DNA of 42,145 bases, from the IMG/VR virus record IMGVR_UViG_3300012952_000036, positions 1 through 42,145 of that record, one strand, 5' to 3'. Source of the stretch: a virus (Duplodnaviria > Caudoviricetes). The first letter of the stretch is position 1. Each line of letters opens with the position of its first letter. Below the pieces are notes generated by a model that was not told the DNA's origin, did no database searches, and saw nothing but the letters and a program-made list of their open reading frames with translations. Shown piece after piece: positions 1 through 11,100 of the stretch. The position numbers and the translations under genes were made by a program.

Positions 1-474
1 AAACCTCAACTAAAAGAACCTAGAAAATCCATAGATAGAGATGAACCTGGCGCCAAAATGACTAAAGCATTTGATTTAGAAATTCCTAAGAAGAAAATTT
101 TAGATAAAAATGCATCACCAGAAGAAAAGATTGCCGCGGCAGATGATTTACTTAAAAACTTACAGGCACAACAAGCCAAGAATGTAAATGTTGATAAGTA
201 TGTTGATGCTATGGGACCTATGCTTAAAGCAAGTGGATTAAACAAAGCAAACCCACAGTGGTATAGCCAGTTTGTTCAAAAGGCAAGAGCAATGAGAATG
301 GAATCCTTTGAATTTATGAACAAAGTGTTAGAATATTGGAACATGACTTGGGAAGATATAGGATACAAAGTTGTACTTTCAGAAAATGCAAATGATAATG
401 TATTGCTTTTCCCAATAAAAGCAATCAACGAAGCAGTAGAGATAGAGAACTTACAGAATTTAGCAGGTATTTAA
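1..474 (+). CDS. Hypothetical phage protein, 5'-truncated
   Basis: Frame is open from base 1 through ATG 58 to TAA 472-474; it abuts the next gene; no recognisable motif. Confidence 0.75.
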   Translation, partial: KPQLKEPRKSIDRDEPGAKMTKAFDLEIPKKKILDKNASPEEKIAAADDLLKNLQAQQAKNVNVDKYVDAMGPMLKASGLNKANPQWYSQFVQKARAMRMESFEFMNKVLEYWNMTWEDIGYKVVLSENANDNVLLFPIKAINEAVEIENLQNLAGI

Positions 475-475
475 T

Positions 476-1759
476 ATGAAGTTCCTAGAGATATCAAAAC
501 CTTTGGTAACTCAACTGCTAACTGAAAGTGTACTTGACGAAGCAAAGAATACACATTTAGAACATTTAGAAGATAACATATTCAATAAAGGTTTTGATGG
601 AGCCAAAGAAGCAGTAGATTATCTATACAGTCTACATGAAATGCTTGAAGGCAATGCAAGTACTCCAGTAAGCATGACTACAAAATGGGATGGTGCTCCA
701 GCCATTGTAGCAGGCAAAGATCCAGAAACAAAGAAATTTTTTGTAGGTACAAAAGGTGTATTTGCACAAAAACCTAAAATTAATTTTACACCAAAAGACA
801 TAGATGAAAATCATGCAGACAGAGGTGACTCAGATGGAAGTGGTTTACGAGAAAAACTTAAACTTGCATTAAACTATTTAAAGAGATTAAATTGGGACAC
901 AGTTGCACAAGGTGATATGTTGTTTACAGGCGATGATGTTAGAACAGCAACAATAGACGGAGAAGAGCATATAGTGTTTAAACCAAACACAATAACTTAT
1001 GCAGTACCCAAAGACAGCGACATGGGTAAACAAATAACTAGTGCAGGCTTTGGCATAGTTTGGCACACAGAATATGTAGGAGGCCCTACACTTGCTGACA
1101 CAGAAGCAAAGTTTGGTTTTGATAGTAGTGTGCTAGGACAAGCAAATGGCGTATGGCACAGAGATGCAATCATAAAAGATTTAAGTGGTACTGTAACACT
1201 AACAAAATCAGAAAGTCAAGATATAATGAGTGCAATTACAGAAGCAAGTAATTACATGAAAAGCATAGATGCAGAAACATTTGGTTGGTTAGAAAAAGGA
1301 AATGATTTAATTGGTAAAGATTTTTTACAACAACTTAAAGCACATGTAAACAATCAAGTAAGAGCAGGACAATTTGATGAACCTACAAAATTTGCTTCAG
1401 GTTTTGTGCAAAAGTATATAGAATTTATGACAAAGAAAATAGATAACTATAAAACACAAAACAAAATAGACCAAGCAACAGGAGATATGATTGCAGGTGT
1501 TAAATTTATTAAAGAACATGTACCAGGAATTGTTGCGGTATATGACTTGTATTTAAAAATAATTGAAGCAAAAGTAAAATTAGTTAAAAAATTAGAACAG
1601 ATAAGACAAATAGGAACATTTGTAGAAACAGAAAAAGGTTTTGAAGTTACAGGCGAAGAAGGATTTGTTGCAGTAGACAGAATGGGCAATGCCTTAAAAC
1701 TTGTAGATAGATTAGAGTTTAGCAGATTAAACTTTGGAACAGGACGACCAGGAGCATAA
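476..1759 (+). CDS. DUF6267-like conserved phage protein with ligase/nucleotidyltransferase-type motifs
   Basis: 427 aa; KNTHLEHLED, TTKWDGAPAI (KxDG), QGDMLF and EEGFVAVD..LKLVDR motifs. Confidence 0.75.
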   Translation: MKFLEISKPLVTQLLTESVLDEAKNTHLEHLEDNIFNKGFDGAKEAVDYLYSLHEMLEGNASTPVSMTTKWDGAPAIVAGKDPETKKFFVGTKGVFAQKPKINFTPKDIDENHADRGDSDGSGLREKLKLALNYLKRLNWDTVAQGDMLFTGDDVRTATIDGEEHIVFKPNTITYAVPKDSDMGKQITSAGFGIVWHTEYVGGPTLADTEAKFGFDSSVLGQANGVWHRDAIIKDLSGTVTLTKSESQDIMSAITEASNYMKSIDAETFGWLEKGNDLIGKDFLQQLKAHVNNQVRAGQFDEPTKFASGFVQKYIEFMTKKIDNYKTQNKIDQATGDMIAGVKFIKEHVPGIVAVYDLYLKIIEAKVKLVKKLEQIRQIGTFVETEKGFEVTGEEGFVAVDRMGNALKLVDRLEFSRLNFGTGRPGA

Positions 1760-1760
1760 A

Positions 1761-2549
1761 GTGTCACAATACGAATTTGATTTTCAGTTAATAGACCAAG
1801 AGATAAGTGAAAGTAGACTATTTAGATATAGTAGTCAATTTGGAAATTTAACAGGTAGAACTATTGCAGACTTATTGTATTTGAATACTTTAATGCTATT
1901 AATGTTTTTGTATGACAAAGAGCAAAGAGATTATGCAGTAGCAGTAGCAAGAAAAACGGTACAGTTTGGACCTTTTGCAGTATTTAGAACTACTTCAACA
2001 GATTTATACATGTTGGCATTTGCAGTTGACCATCCTGATTATAAAAGTTTAAACATCAAAAAGAAAGATGTAGCATTTTTAAACAGCCTACAATTACAAA
2101 ATAGACGATATTATAACTTTTTAAAGAAAATGGCTACAATAGAGCCAGGCAAAAGTGAAGCATCTGCTTTCTTTATACGTTTGGAAAACCAATTACAGAT
2201 AAAAACTGCATTGTACAAGCAGTTAAGACGTTTGATTATTGATTGGAAAGATTTAAAATACAGTCAAAAACAATTAGTTGTATCAAAGTTATTACAACAA
2301 TTAAGAATTAAAGGTAGAGGCAGTGAAAACTATCAGCATTTAGTTGCAATGAAACGAGAAAGAAAGTTTAACAATGCTCCTAAGTCAGATAGAAGTTTGG
2401 CTAAAACAGCCGTTGGTACTGCCGCTGGTGCTTATGTTGGTAGTAAAGTAATTCCAAAACTTACTAAAAACAAATTAAGCAGTAGAACAGGAGCAGGCAT
2501 AGGTGCAATAGCAGGTTATTGGGCCAGTGGTAGACGCAAACAGGTATAA
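1761..2549 (+). CDS. Hypothetical phage protein with C-terminal glycine-zipper-like segments
   Basis: GTG 1761 preceded by GGAG at 1751-1754; C-terminal AVGTAAGAYVG and GAGIGAIAGYWASG. Confidence 0.75.
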   Translation: MSQYEFDFQLIDQEISESRLFRYSSQFGNLTGRTIADLLYLNTLMLLMFLYDKEQRDYAVAVARKTVQFGPFAVFRTTSTDLYMLAFAVDHPDYKSLNIKKKDVAFLNSLQLQNRRYYNFLKKMATIEPGKSEASAFFIRLENQLQIKTALYKQLRRLIIDWKDLKYSQKQLVVSKLLQQLRIKGRGSENYQHLVAMKRERKFNNAPKSDRSLAKTAVGTAAGAYVGSKVIPKLTKNKLSSRTGAGIGAIAGYWASGRRKQV

Positions 2550-2552
2550 ATA
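2545..2552 (+). promoter_or_regulatory. T4-like late promoter box
   Basis: TATAAATA, 5 nt before ATG 2558. Confidence 0.7.
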
Positions 2553-2557
2553 CAGTT

Positions 2558-3106
2558 ATGTTAATAAGTGATATAATAAACGAGATTCAAGACGACGGTA
2601 AGCCTAGAAAACTTAGAGGTCAAGAGTTAAACGACGAAGTCGCACAAGAACTTGATGATGAAATAGGACCTGTTGGTTCTAGGATACCTCAGTTTGTAAA
2701 CGTACCTACAGCACAAATTCAAATGATTGCTAGAGGATTATATCTATCTGGACCTCCTAGTATGACAATAGGTAAAGCAGTTAAAGATGCATTGAAACAA
2801 TGGAGAGATGGAAAAGTAAAGAACGATGATAGCGGTGACGATAGTCCTGATAAAAAAGGCTTTGCTAGTGCTAACATGGGATTTGATAGACCTGACACTG
2901 AATTAAAAAGAGGATGGAACAAATCTACTCATAGAAACAAAGCAGATTCTGATATCAAAATTGATATACCTGACATTGTAAACAAAATACCTGGTGTAAA
3001 ACAAGCAAAATCAGGCAAACAAATGGGCAGTAGAATAGGTCAATCCGTAGCAAGAACTATTGCTGGTGGTAATGCTCCCAACAGAAAAGGTCGATTAGAC
3101 CGTTAA
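2558..3106 (+). CDS. Hypothetical protein, putative internal head protein
   Basis: 182 aa, highly charged; MLISDIINE leader resembles those of neighbouring genes. Confidence 0.7.
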   Translation: MLISDIINEIQDDGKPRKLRGQELNDEVAQELDDEIGPVGSRIPQFVNVPTAQIQMIARGLYLSGPPSMTIGKAVKDALKQWRDGKVKNDDSGDDSPDKKGFASANMGFDRPDTELKRGWNKSTHRNKADSDIKIDIPDIVNKIPGVKQAKSGKQMGSRIGQSVARTIAGGNAPNRKGRLDR

Positions 3107-3144
3107 TTTTTTCACAAATAAACACTCAAAAAAACTCCCTTTTG

Positions 3145-3152
3145 GATAAATA
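3145..3152 (+). promoter_or_regulatory. Late promoter box (GATAAATA)
   Basis: Intergenic; followed by hairpin GAGGC-ACAC-GCCTC, AGGAG RBS and ATG 3199. Confidence 0.65.
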
Positions 3153-3198
3153 ATAGTAACGAAGAGGCACACGCCTCACCATTATTAGGAGAATTAAA

Positions 3199-3567
3199 AT
3201 GGCACAGACTCAAAACGCAGGCGCGGCAGTTGCCGCAGGACACGTAGGTGGAAAGGTATTCGCAGGAATCCAAATCGACTTTGGTGCTGACGTTTCAGCA
3301 AAATTGGCAGTAGGTTCTGCCGTTGATGTAACAATGAAAGCAATCCAAAACGAAGGTTTAACACCTTTGGCTATCGGTGCAGTAGATGACACTGGTGGAA
3401 CAGGACAAGGTCTTAAAATTATATTTGAAGGCGAACACGGAACTGACACTTATGACGGATCTAACAGTGAATCCTTAGCGGCTCACTTGGAAGACGTTGT
3501 ACAAGCATTAGGCACAGTTGACGGAGTCAACTTAGCAGGTGCGGCTGTTACAGCATTTGTCCTATAA
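3199..3567 (+). CDS. Small Ala/Gly/Val-rich putative structural protein (paralog 1)
   Basis: 122 aa; strong RBS; own promoter and terminator. Confidence 0.8.
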   Translation: MAQTQNAGAAVAAGHVGGKVFAGIQIDFGADVSAKLAVGSAVDVTMKAIQNEGLTPLAIGAVDDTGGTGQGLKIIFEGEHGTDTYDGSNSESLAAHLEDVVQALGTVDGVNLAGAAVTAFVL

Positions 3568-3590
3568 GTTTTAACTTATTAAACAGAAAG

Positions 3591-3618
3591 AAGCACACCT
3601 TAGGGTGTGCTTTTTTTT
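3591..3618 (+). terminator. Rho-independent terminator
   Basis: GCACACC-TTAG-GGTGTGC followed by T8. Confidence 0.9.
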
Positions 3619-3659
3619 GACTTTAATTTTTTCAAAGTACTTTAATTCATTAAATTTTG

Positions 3660-3667
3660 TATAAATA
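3660..3667 (+). promoter_or_regulatory. Late promoter box (TATAAATA)
   Basis: Intergenic; followed by hairpin GTGGT-TACTAG-ACCAC and AGGAG RBS. Confidence 0.7.
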
Positions 3668-3747
3668 AAAGTAACCAATAGTATATCACAGAAATTAACG
3701 GCGGTGGTTACTAGACCACGATGTACTAAAGATTAGGAGTGTTTATC

Positions 3748-4080
3748 ATGGCACAAACAAGAGTAAACGGTGCAGTACTTGATAACAGTCAATTATTAAT
3801 TGGATCACTTAGTCATTTTATTATCGACGAAGTAGACGGAACTGACAACATTAGCCAATTTGGTTACTCAAGTGGTAACGCATTAAAAGGTGAATTAGTT
3901 GTTCAAGCACTATCTACAAGATGTACTCCAGTTTTAATTAACAGCATTTCTGCTACAGTTATGCATGTTGGTGTTGAAGGACAACCTTCAGCGGCTGACT
4001 TACTTACAGCAATCCAACCAGTTCTTACTGGTTCCGGTGCAAACGCAACTGTAACAGCAGGTGAATACAGAGTAGTGTAA
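3748..4080 (+). CDS. Small putative structural protein (paralog 2)
   Basis: AGGAG 3735-3739 then ATG 3748 (MAQTRVNG); 110 aa; same MAQT start as the previous gene. Confidence 0.8.
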   Translation: MAQTRVNGAVLDNSQLLIGSLSHFIIDEVDGTDNISQFGYSSGNALKGELVVQALSTRCTPVLINSISATVMHVGVEGQPSAADLLTAIQPVLTGSGANATVTAGEYRVV

Positions 4081-4100
4081 CCTAAAAGTACAAACTTTTA

Positions 4101-4130
4101 AAAAGCACACCTTCGGGTGTGCTTTTTTTT
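4101..4130 (+). terminator. Rho-independent terminator
   Basis: GCACACC-TTCG-GGTGTGC followed by T8; near copy of the terminator at 3591. Confidence 0.9.
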
Positions 4131-4165
4131 GGCTGTCGTTCCTATGCCCAAAATTTCGTATTAGT

Positions 4166-4173
4166 GATAAATA
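4166..4173 (+). promoter_or_regulatory. Late promoter box (GATAAATA)
   Basis: Upstream of GGAG RBS and ATG 4195. Confidence 0.65.
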
Positions 4174-4194
4174 GTACAATATACGGAGACACAC

Positions 4195-4599
4195 ATGAGT
4201 TTACAGAGAACAGGTGCAATGGGTTCAGTGGAAGTGCTAACAGGCAACATTGAATTTTTTACACTTTTTACAACATTAGATATAACAGTTACAGGTGACT
4301 ACAGTAATAACACTCAAAAAGATTTTGAAAGTGTAGTTCAAGTAATAGGATTAAGGGCAATGCCTACTGTAATGAATAATCCTGTGTATCTTAATGGTGT
4401 AGGTGCAAATAAATTAGAAAGTTATGGCTCACCAACATTAACAGGTGCAGGATATATTTTTAAATTTGCTACAGAGCAACCAGGTTCTCACACAGTAGAG
4501 ACACTACAGGATGAATTAAACGGCGTAGTATTAAATGCCGGAACTGTTGATACTAAAAGTAGTATTAATATGGAATTTACTAAACAGGATTTACTGTAA
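4195..4599 (+). CDS. Small putative structural protein (paralog 3)
   Basis: 134 aa; ESVVQVIGLRAMP aligns by eye with ELVVQALSTRCTP of the previous gene. Confidence 0.75.
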   Translation: MSLQRTGAMGSVEVLTGNIEFFTLFTTLDITVTGDYSNNTQKDFESVVQVIGLRAMPTVMNNPVYLNGVGANKLESYGSPTLTGAGYIFKFATEQPGSHTVETLQDELNGVVLNAGTVDTKSSINMEFTKQDLL

Positions 4600-4600
4600 T

Positions 4601-4849
4601 ATGAAGAACAAACAACCAGAAACAAAGCCAATTGAACAAGAAGTTTATGCTAACAAAGATAATTTAGAAGCACACATCATTGCGGATATGTTGCGTATTG
4701 AAAGTATTACAACAGAACTTAGAGAATTTAAAGAAGATACCAAGCACAGACTGAATAAAATGGAAAATTGGTTAGTTGCTATTGTAGGTACAAGTTTTAC
4801 TACATTGGTGGCATTAGTAATTGGTTTATTGGTTAATTTTTTAGGTTAA
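4601..4849 (+). CDS. Small coiled-coil protein with C-terminal transmembrane helix (XhlA/holin-like architecture)
   Basis: ATG 4601 just after the upstream stop; heptad-like segment then WLVAIVGTSFTTLVALVIGLLVNFLG. Confidence 0.7.
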   Translation: MKNKQPETKPIEQEVYANKDNLEAHIIADMLRIESITTELREFKEDTKHRLNKMENWLVAIVGTSFTTLVALVIGLLVNFLG

Positions 4850-4850
4850 T

Positions 4851-5156
4851 ATGAAATACGAAGATATTATTGACGAGGATATTCTTGAATCCAGAATGGT
4901 CTGGCGTAGAATGGGCAAGAAGATTAAACGTGCTGTTAGATGTACTAGCGGTAGACGTAAAGGAAGAGTTGTGAGTAAGCCTTCACAATGTTCAGCACCA
5001 ATTAATATGAAAAAACGTATGACCTTAAAGAGAACAAAAGCAAGAATGGGTAAACGTATTAGTAGAAAAGCAAACAGAACAAAAAGACTAAATCCAGCAT
5101 CAAGAAGATTGAGAAGTTTGAATAGAAGTACAAACTTAAGGCGTGGTAGAAGATAA
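4851..5156 (+). CDS. Arg/Lys-rich basic protein with acidic leader
   Basis: 101 aa; MKYEDIIDEDILE then an extremely basic body. Confidence 0.8.
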   Translation: MKYEDIIDEDILESRMVWRRMGKKIKRAVRCTSGRRKGRVVSKPSQCSAPINMKKRMTLKRTKARMGKRISRKANRTKRLNPASRRLRSLNRSTNLRRGRR

Positions 5157-8100
5157 TGAAGTTCAAAGATGTAAGAACCATTGAGTCTATATTAACTGAA
5201 TATGGTATGAAACCTGGTTCAAGTACACCAACGTCTCAACAATCTACAGGAGCAAATGCAAAAGCAAACAAACCAAGTCCTACTGTAGATAAGAAAACAC
5301 CTCCACAAAAAGATTTAGGTAGTCCAACTACCACACCAGGCTTAGACGTTAAAGAGCCAGAACAAGAACAACCACAATTTACTCCTATTAAAACAGGAGA
5401 ACTAGAAGTAGATGCAGAATACAAAGATGAAAAAGGAGAAGTATTAGGCAAAGTTGTTAGTAAAGTTGGTGACAAGCCACAACCAGACAAAGTTGTTGTA
5501 CAAGATAAAAAAGGTGAATATCAATTATTAGATCCTAAAGACGAAGTATTTGTAGATTTAGAAGAAAATAAAAAAGTTAGAAAACTATCTCAAAAATCTA
5601 CAAACAGACTATCTTCACTTGTAAAAGATGGTAGGAAAAAAATTAAAAAACTTGCTAAATTAGGATTAAAAGAAGCAGACGAAAAATTATTTGAAATAAA
5701 CTTCAATAGAAAAGAAGTTGTAAACAGTTCACTTGATGCACAAATACGTTGTGGTTGGGAGGCAGAAACTGTTTGGGAAAACATAGAAGGTGATACTGAT
5801 GATGTTGATAATTTATCACTGAGTGAAGTAGATGACCAATACGGTGGAGTTGATTGGGATAGTATTGCTGAAGGTTATACAGAGTGGCTTTATGATAACA
5901 AAGTAGATGAATTCTTTGATGATATGGTTAGAGATTTTGTTGACGAACGTGAAGATGACGAAGACTACATTAACGAATTTATAGAGAATGAAGGTATAGA
6001 AGAAAGCGATTGGGATGATTACAGAGAAGGTGTACTGAGAACAGAATATGGTGATGAAAGATATGAAGAAGAGGGTGCTGAAGAACTGTCAGAGTTATAT
6101 GGATATGAAGATGAAAATTGGGCAAGAGAGTATGTTGATGAATATAGAGGGCAAGACCTTAGAGATTATTTAGAAGAAATTGCCAGAGACGATGATGATG
6201 TAAGACAAGCGGCATACGAAGAAGCAGAAAGTAATTACGATTATGACGATTGGATCAATGACAATTGGTACAGTATGAGTTCATTCTGTGATGATTATGG
6301 TATAGATTATAGTTATGGAAACAACTTAGGACAAGTTGCTGAACTTGTTTCAAAATTTGTTAGAGATAGTAGTGCTTTTTCAGATGATTATGTGGAACAT
6401 GGCGACTATGGTAACACCAGTGGCAGTACAAAAAATTATGCAGTAGAGTCAGACAGTAGTATTGACGGATATGGAACAGGTGCAGAAATTATATCACCAG
6501 TGTTCAGTACTCCAAGAAGAATGTTAGCAGAAATGAAAAAGTTTTTTGAGTTCCTGCAAAGTGAAGGAGCACTAACAAACAGCAGTACTGGATTACATAT
6601 TACAATGAGTTATAACCCACAAGATGGTGAAACTGTAAATCATAAACCTGGTACAAGCGAAGTAATAGCAAACAAAGTTAAAATGGCTGTGTTGTTAGGA
6701 GACCAATATTTGTTAAGTGAATTCTTTAGAAGCAGTAACACTTATACCAAAAGTCAATACAGAGAATTAGAAGATGCTGTAAGAAATTTACAACAAGAAA
6801 GTGGCACAGAAGGAATTAAAAAAGCAGAAGCATTTTTAGAGAAGGCTATAAGTCCAGACAAATTCCGTGCTATACATTTTAAAAGTCAAAAAGATTCCCA
6901 AACTAATACTAACCTTATAGAGTTTAGAATAGGTGGCGGAGAAGACTACGAACAAGAATTTGATAAAGTATTCAAAGCAACAGTAAGATATGCTACAACA
7001 ATGATTGCTGGGCATACAGACCAATATCAAGGCGATTATGTAAAAGCATTATCAAAATTATTAAGAAAAGCAAGTGATTTAAGTAAAGCAGATGCTGAAG
7101 AAGTAGAAAATATGAAAGACCAGTATGCAGATGTTTCTGCAGATCCATTACTGGACACATCAAAAGCAATAGTTAGTTCTAAAAAATATTTAGAATTTAC
7201 ACAAAAAATGTTAAGTGGTATGGAAGATATCAAAAAGGCAACAGAATATTTAGATCCAAAAGCAGATGTTAAATGGAAAAAACAATGGATGGAATTCATT
7301 GAAAACACAAATGAAAGTTTAGATGATTTTGATAGTTCTTTAAAAAGAAAATTAGACAAAATAAAATATTCAAAAAGAGGCGGAGTAAAAGAAGATAAAG
7401 ACGAAGATTCAAGGTCAATAAAAGGATATTTCAGACCAGCCATGGAACCACCTAGTGAACGAGCATTAAGCAAAAGAGGTGAAGGTTTAGCAAAATTTAC
7501 TGAAGCATTAGGTATGTTAGCAATAGATGTATCAACTGGTATTGCTAGGAAAGTACCAAATGCAAAAAGTGTTGGTGCTTTAAGAAGTTTCTTGAAAAAG
7601 AATGATATTAAAGAAAGAGAAATTGAATTTAATATAATACAAGCAATTGAATCTTTGCAATGGGAACATAATAAGAGCAATTCTGCAAAACTTACTCATC
7701 AAAGTAAAGTTGAAATTGTTAAAGACGGTATAAACAAATTATTGCAAAGAGATATTATTAGAAGACCAGATTTTATTTCGAATCCACAAGTAGAAGCACT
7801 TGCAAAAGGTATGTGGAATGTTGTAAACAATAAAGACTTTGATCCGAAAGTACTAAAGAAATTAACAAAGTTAGCAAAGGATGTTAGATTAGGATCTGAT
7901 AGATTAGGAGATACAACAGATATAGAAAATGATATCGCATATTTAATTAAAGAAACTGTTGATAAGAGACAGTTCAATGACTTTTATAACAAATTAACAA
8001 CTTCAGGTTATGGCAGTAAACCTGTTTTTATATCTCCTGGTATGATATATGATAAAGAAAGTTATAACAAACTTATTGCTTATGTTAAAAACTTTGAACC

Positions 8101-11100
8101 TTATGACCAGCCAGTAAGCAGAAATCACAATCCAAATATATATGGAGATGATTCTTACGAAGATGTTTCATTAAGCAACTATACAATGTTGTTGAGAAGA
8201 AGATTCGCGTTTTTAGAACAACAACACGAAACAGATAAATCCAAAGCAGTTGAAACATTGCAAAAAATGGCACCTTCTATTGCTAAATTTTATGATACAA
8301 ATAAATCACAAGACGAACAATGGTCACAAATAATTGGCATAGAAAGAGATGAAGTACAAGATTTACCAAACATGTCAGAAAAAGAAAAAGAAGATTTTTA
8401 TGATTTACTTGGCGAAAGGGACGGAGAGCAATATCTTGGATTAAGAAATTATAGATATGAAAATATTCAAGGCACACTAGATGATATTATAAGAGGTTCA
8501 ACAGACGGTAGAACTGTTCATAATTTACAAGATTTTGTCACTGACTCAGTAAGAGAGATGTTAGGTTCATATTATAGAAACAAGGAACGTTATCCTTTTT
8601 ATTATAAATTTAATGAAGTTAAAGATACTATCAAATCTAGATTTAAAGGACTTGCTGATTTTATGCGTACTCTAGATAAGATTTTTGTAGATAATGGATT
8701 TGCAAGTCAGGATGATGCTATCAAACGTAAACAACAATTAACTAAAGATAGAGATAACTTTAAGAAAACAGTTCGTAACAGTTCGTATGCTACTATTAAC
8801 ATACCTGCACATTCTATAGCATATATGAAAAAAGATGAATATGCTAGAATAATGGAATGGATAGAGATGTACGGAGATGAAAAAGATGAAGCAGGAAGTC
8901 CTATGGAACCTAATCGTACATTGTTGCAAGATGTAGTTGATGGTGCATCAAATGTAAACTCAGGTTCTAGACGTCAAGGCATGTTTTATGTTATTCCATC
9001 AGCACATTGGGGTCCATTACAAGATGCCACGGATAATTTAGAACGACTTAAAGCACTTAAACGTATAGGAGATATGAGTCAGGATTGGAGATATCAAAAT
9101 TATACAGTATTGCTACAAAAATTTATTGATACTTATGGTATAGACTATAAAACATTACGGAATGAAGAAAAATATAAAATTATTGATGGAGAAGATAGAA
9201 GAAAACTATCAAATTCATTTAAAATTGAGTTTACTGGAAAGTTAGATGGTAGAGCAGGTATGGGTGATGTTCAGGATCTTATTCCTGCTAAAGAATTACA
9301 AAACAAATTTTCAGGTGAGCCTTTAAATACAAGTAGTGCTCTTTCCTGGATAATAGATGATGGGAATACCCAAAAAGCATTAGCGGCATATGATTTTAAA
9401 AAGTACCATGGTGCTGAAGCAGAAAAGATTAAATCTATGGTTGTGCAAAACATGAAAGAGAAAAGAAATGGTTTCTATAAAGCAATGAGAGAAGTAATGG
9501 AAAGCACACCAAAAGGTGTACAAGCAGTAGATGACCAAAAAATAATAGATGCGGCTGGTGTTGAAAACATGAGAAAATCATCTTCCAATAGTATTCAAGA
9601 TGCCGCAAATTGGAGTAATTTAGCAGACTTCCTAAAAATAGAAAGAGGTGTAGATAACCAAGGCCCGAACATATTAGAAAAAACTGCTAGAACATTTGAT
9701 GGAGACCACAATTGGAGACCTGAACCAGACCCAGATGTATGTTGTATAGAAAGATGGGTAGCAAGTGTAAAAACTGCCGCTGAATATATTAAATTAAATT
9801 ACAATGTAAGTGCTGGAAACTATTTCAGAAAGAATCCAGATGGCAGTGACGGTGATGATGTAGGCTCAATTTACGGTGATGGTGGTAGAGGCATGCCAGC
9901 AGGTGCAAGAGCACGAGCATCAAATAACGAAGAAGTAACAGAACAAGATTACGAAACAGTCAGGTCGAAATATAAAGATTTTGAAAGAATGATGAATGCG
10001 GGTATGCAAGATTATATAGTGAGGCGTGACGTAAACAGACTGGTAGATTTTCTTAAAAACCCAGACAATGATGAAGATTTCAAAAAGGCTGTTTTACAAA
10101 GCATGATGAAACAAAAATTACTAGGTGCCAGGCCCGGATCCTTCGATGGTCATTTAGCCCTAGGCAGACAATACCTAGCTCAGAATGAAAGTGTGTTTGA
10201 CAAGTTTGACAGATTACCTTTAGAAGAGCAAATAGAAATTTTAGCAAATTCAAAAGTATTAGAACGTCCGTTATCTAAAAGTGAAAAGAAAGACAAAGAA
10301 AAATATGTTAAAGGCATGAAAAAATCCAAAGGTGATTTTGAAAAACGTTATGGCAAAGATGCAAAAGCAGTTATGTATGCAACAGCAACGAAGATGGCTA
10401 AAGAAAGTGTAAACAATTTTAATAGAATAGAAGCAATTAATAAACTTTTAGCAGACCATTTTCCTGTAGGCGATTTGAAAAAACAAATGTTGGCTTTTCA
10501 GGCAATACCTTTACCTTCTATGCTAGATGCATTTAGAAAATTGAGAGCCGATGCAGGTGATGATGCATGTGCTAGAAATATTTTAAGATTTTATGTTGAT
10601 GCTTTACCTGAAGAAGAAAAGAAAAAAATTAATTTGCAAGAATGGAGCAAACAACACATTACTAAATTGTTAAAAGAATATACAGATTTAGGCACTGAAA
10701 AAGATAATATAATAAAAACTATTAGCGGTTTAGATGCATCAAACGAACAACATGCAAATCTATTAGACAGAATTTACAAATTACTTAACAGTGAACATAT
10801 TGGTAAAACATTGGATAATGCATTTAGTTATCCTCTAATGGACGAACCACTTTCAGATAAACAAAAACAAAAAGTTATACAAGATGTAACAAAAATTATT
10901 GGTAGCATAGATAGTGACTATGGCACTATGAGTAAGTTTATAACTAGATTAGAAAAAACAGGTACAGTTGTAAATATTAAAGAATTAGATAAACCTTTGA
11001 ACACATTTGCAAATGTGTTTGGTGACGATATAAGCATGAAAGCATTTGTGTCTTTAACAGCATATGGTGTTGGTGTAAATCAAAAAGGACCAGGCGAATA

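Noticed and set aside
3591-4130. CRISPR-like or mobile-element repeats (GCACACC..GGTGTGC twice)
   Set aside because: Only two copies about 510 nt apart, each after a stop codon with a T tail; they are terminators
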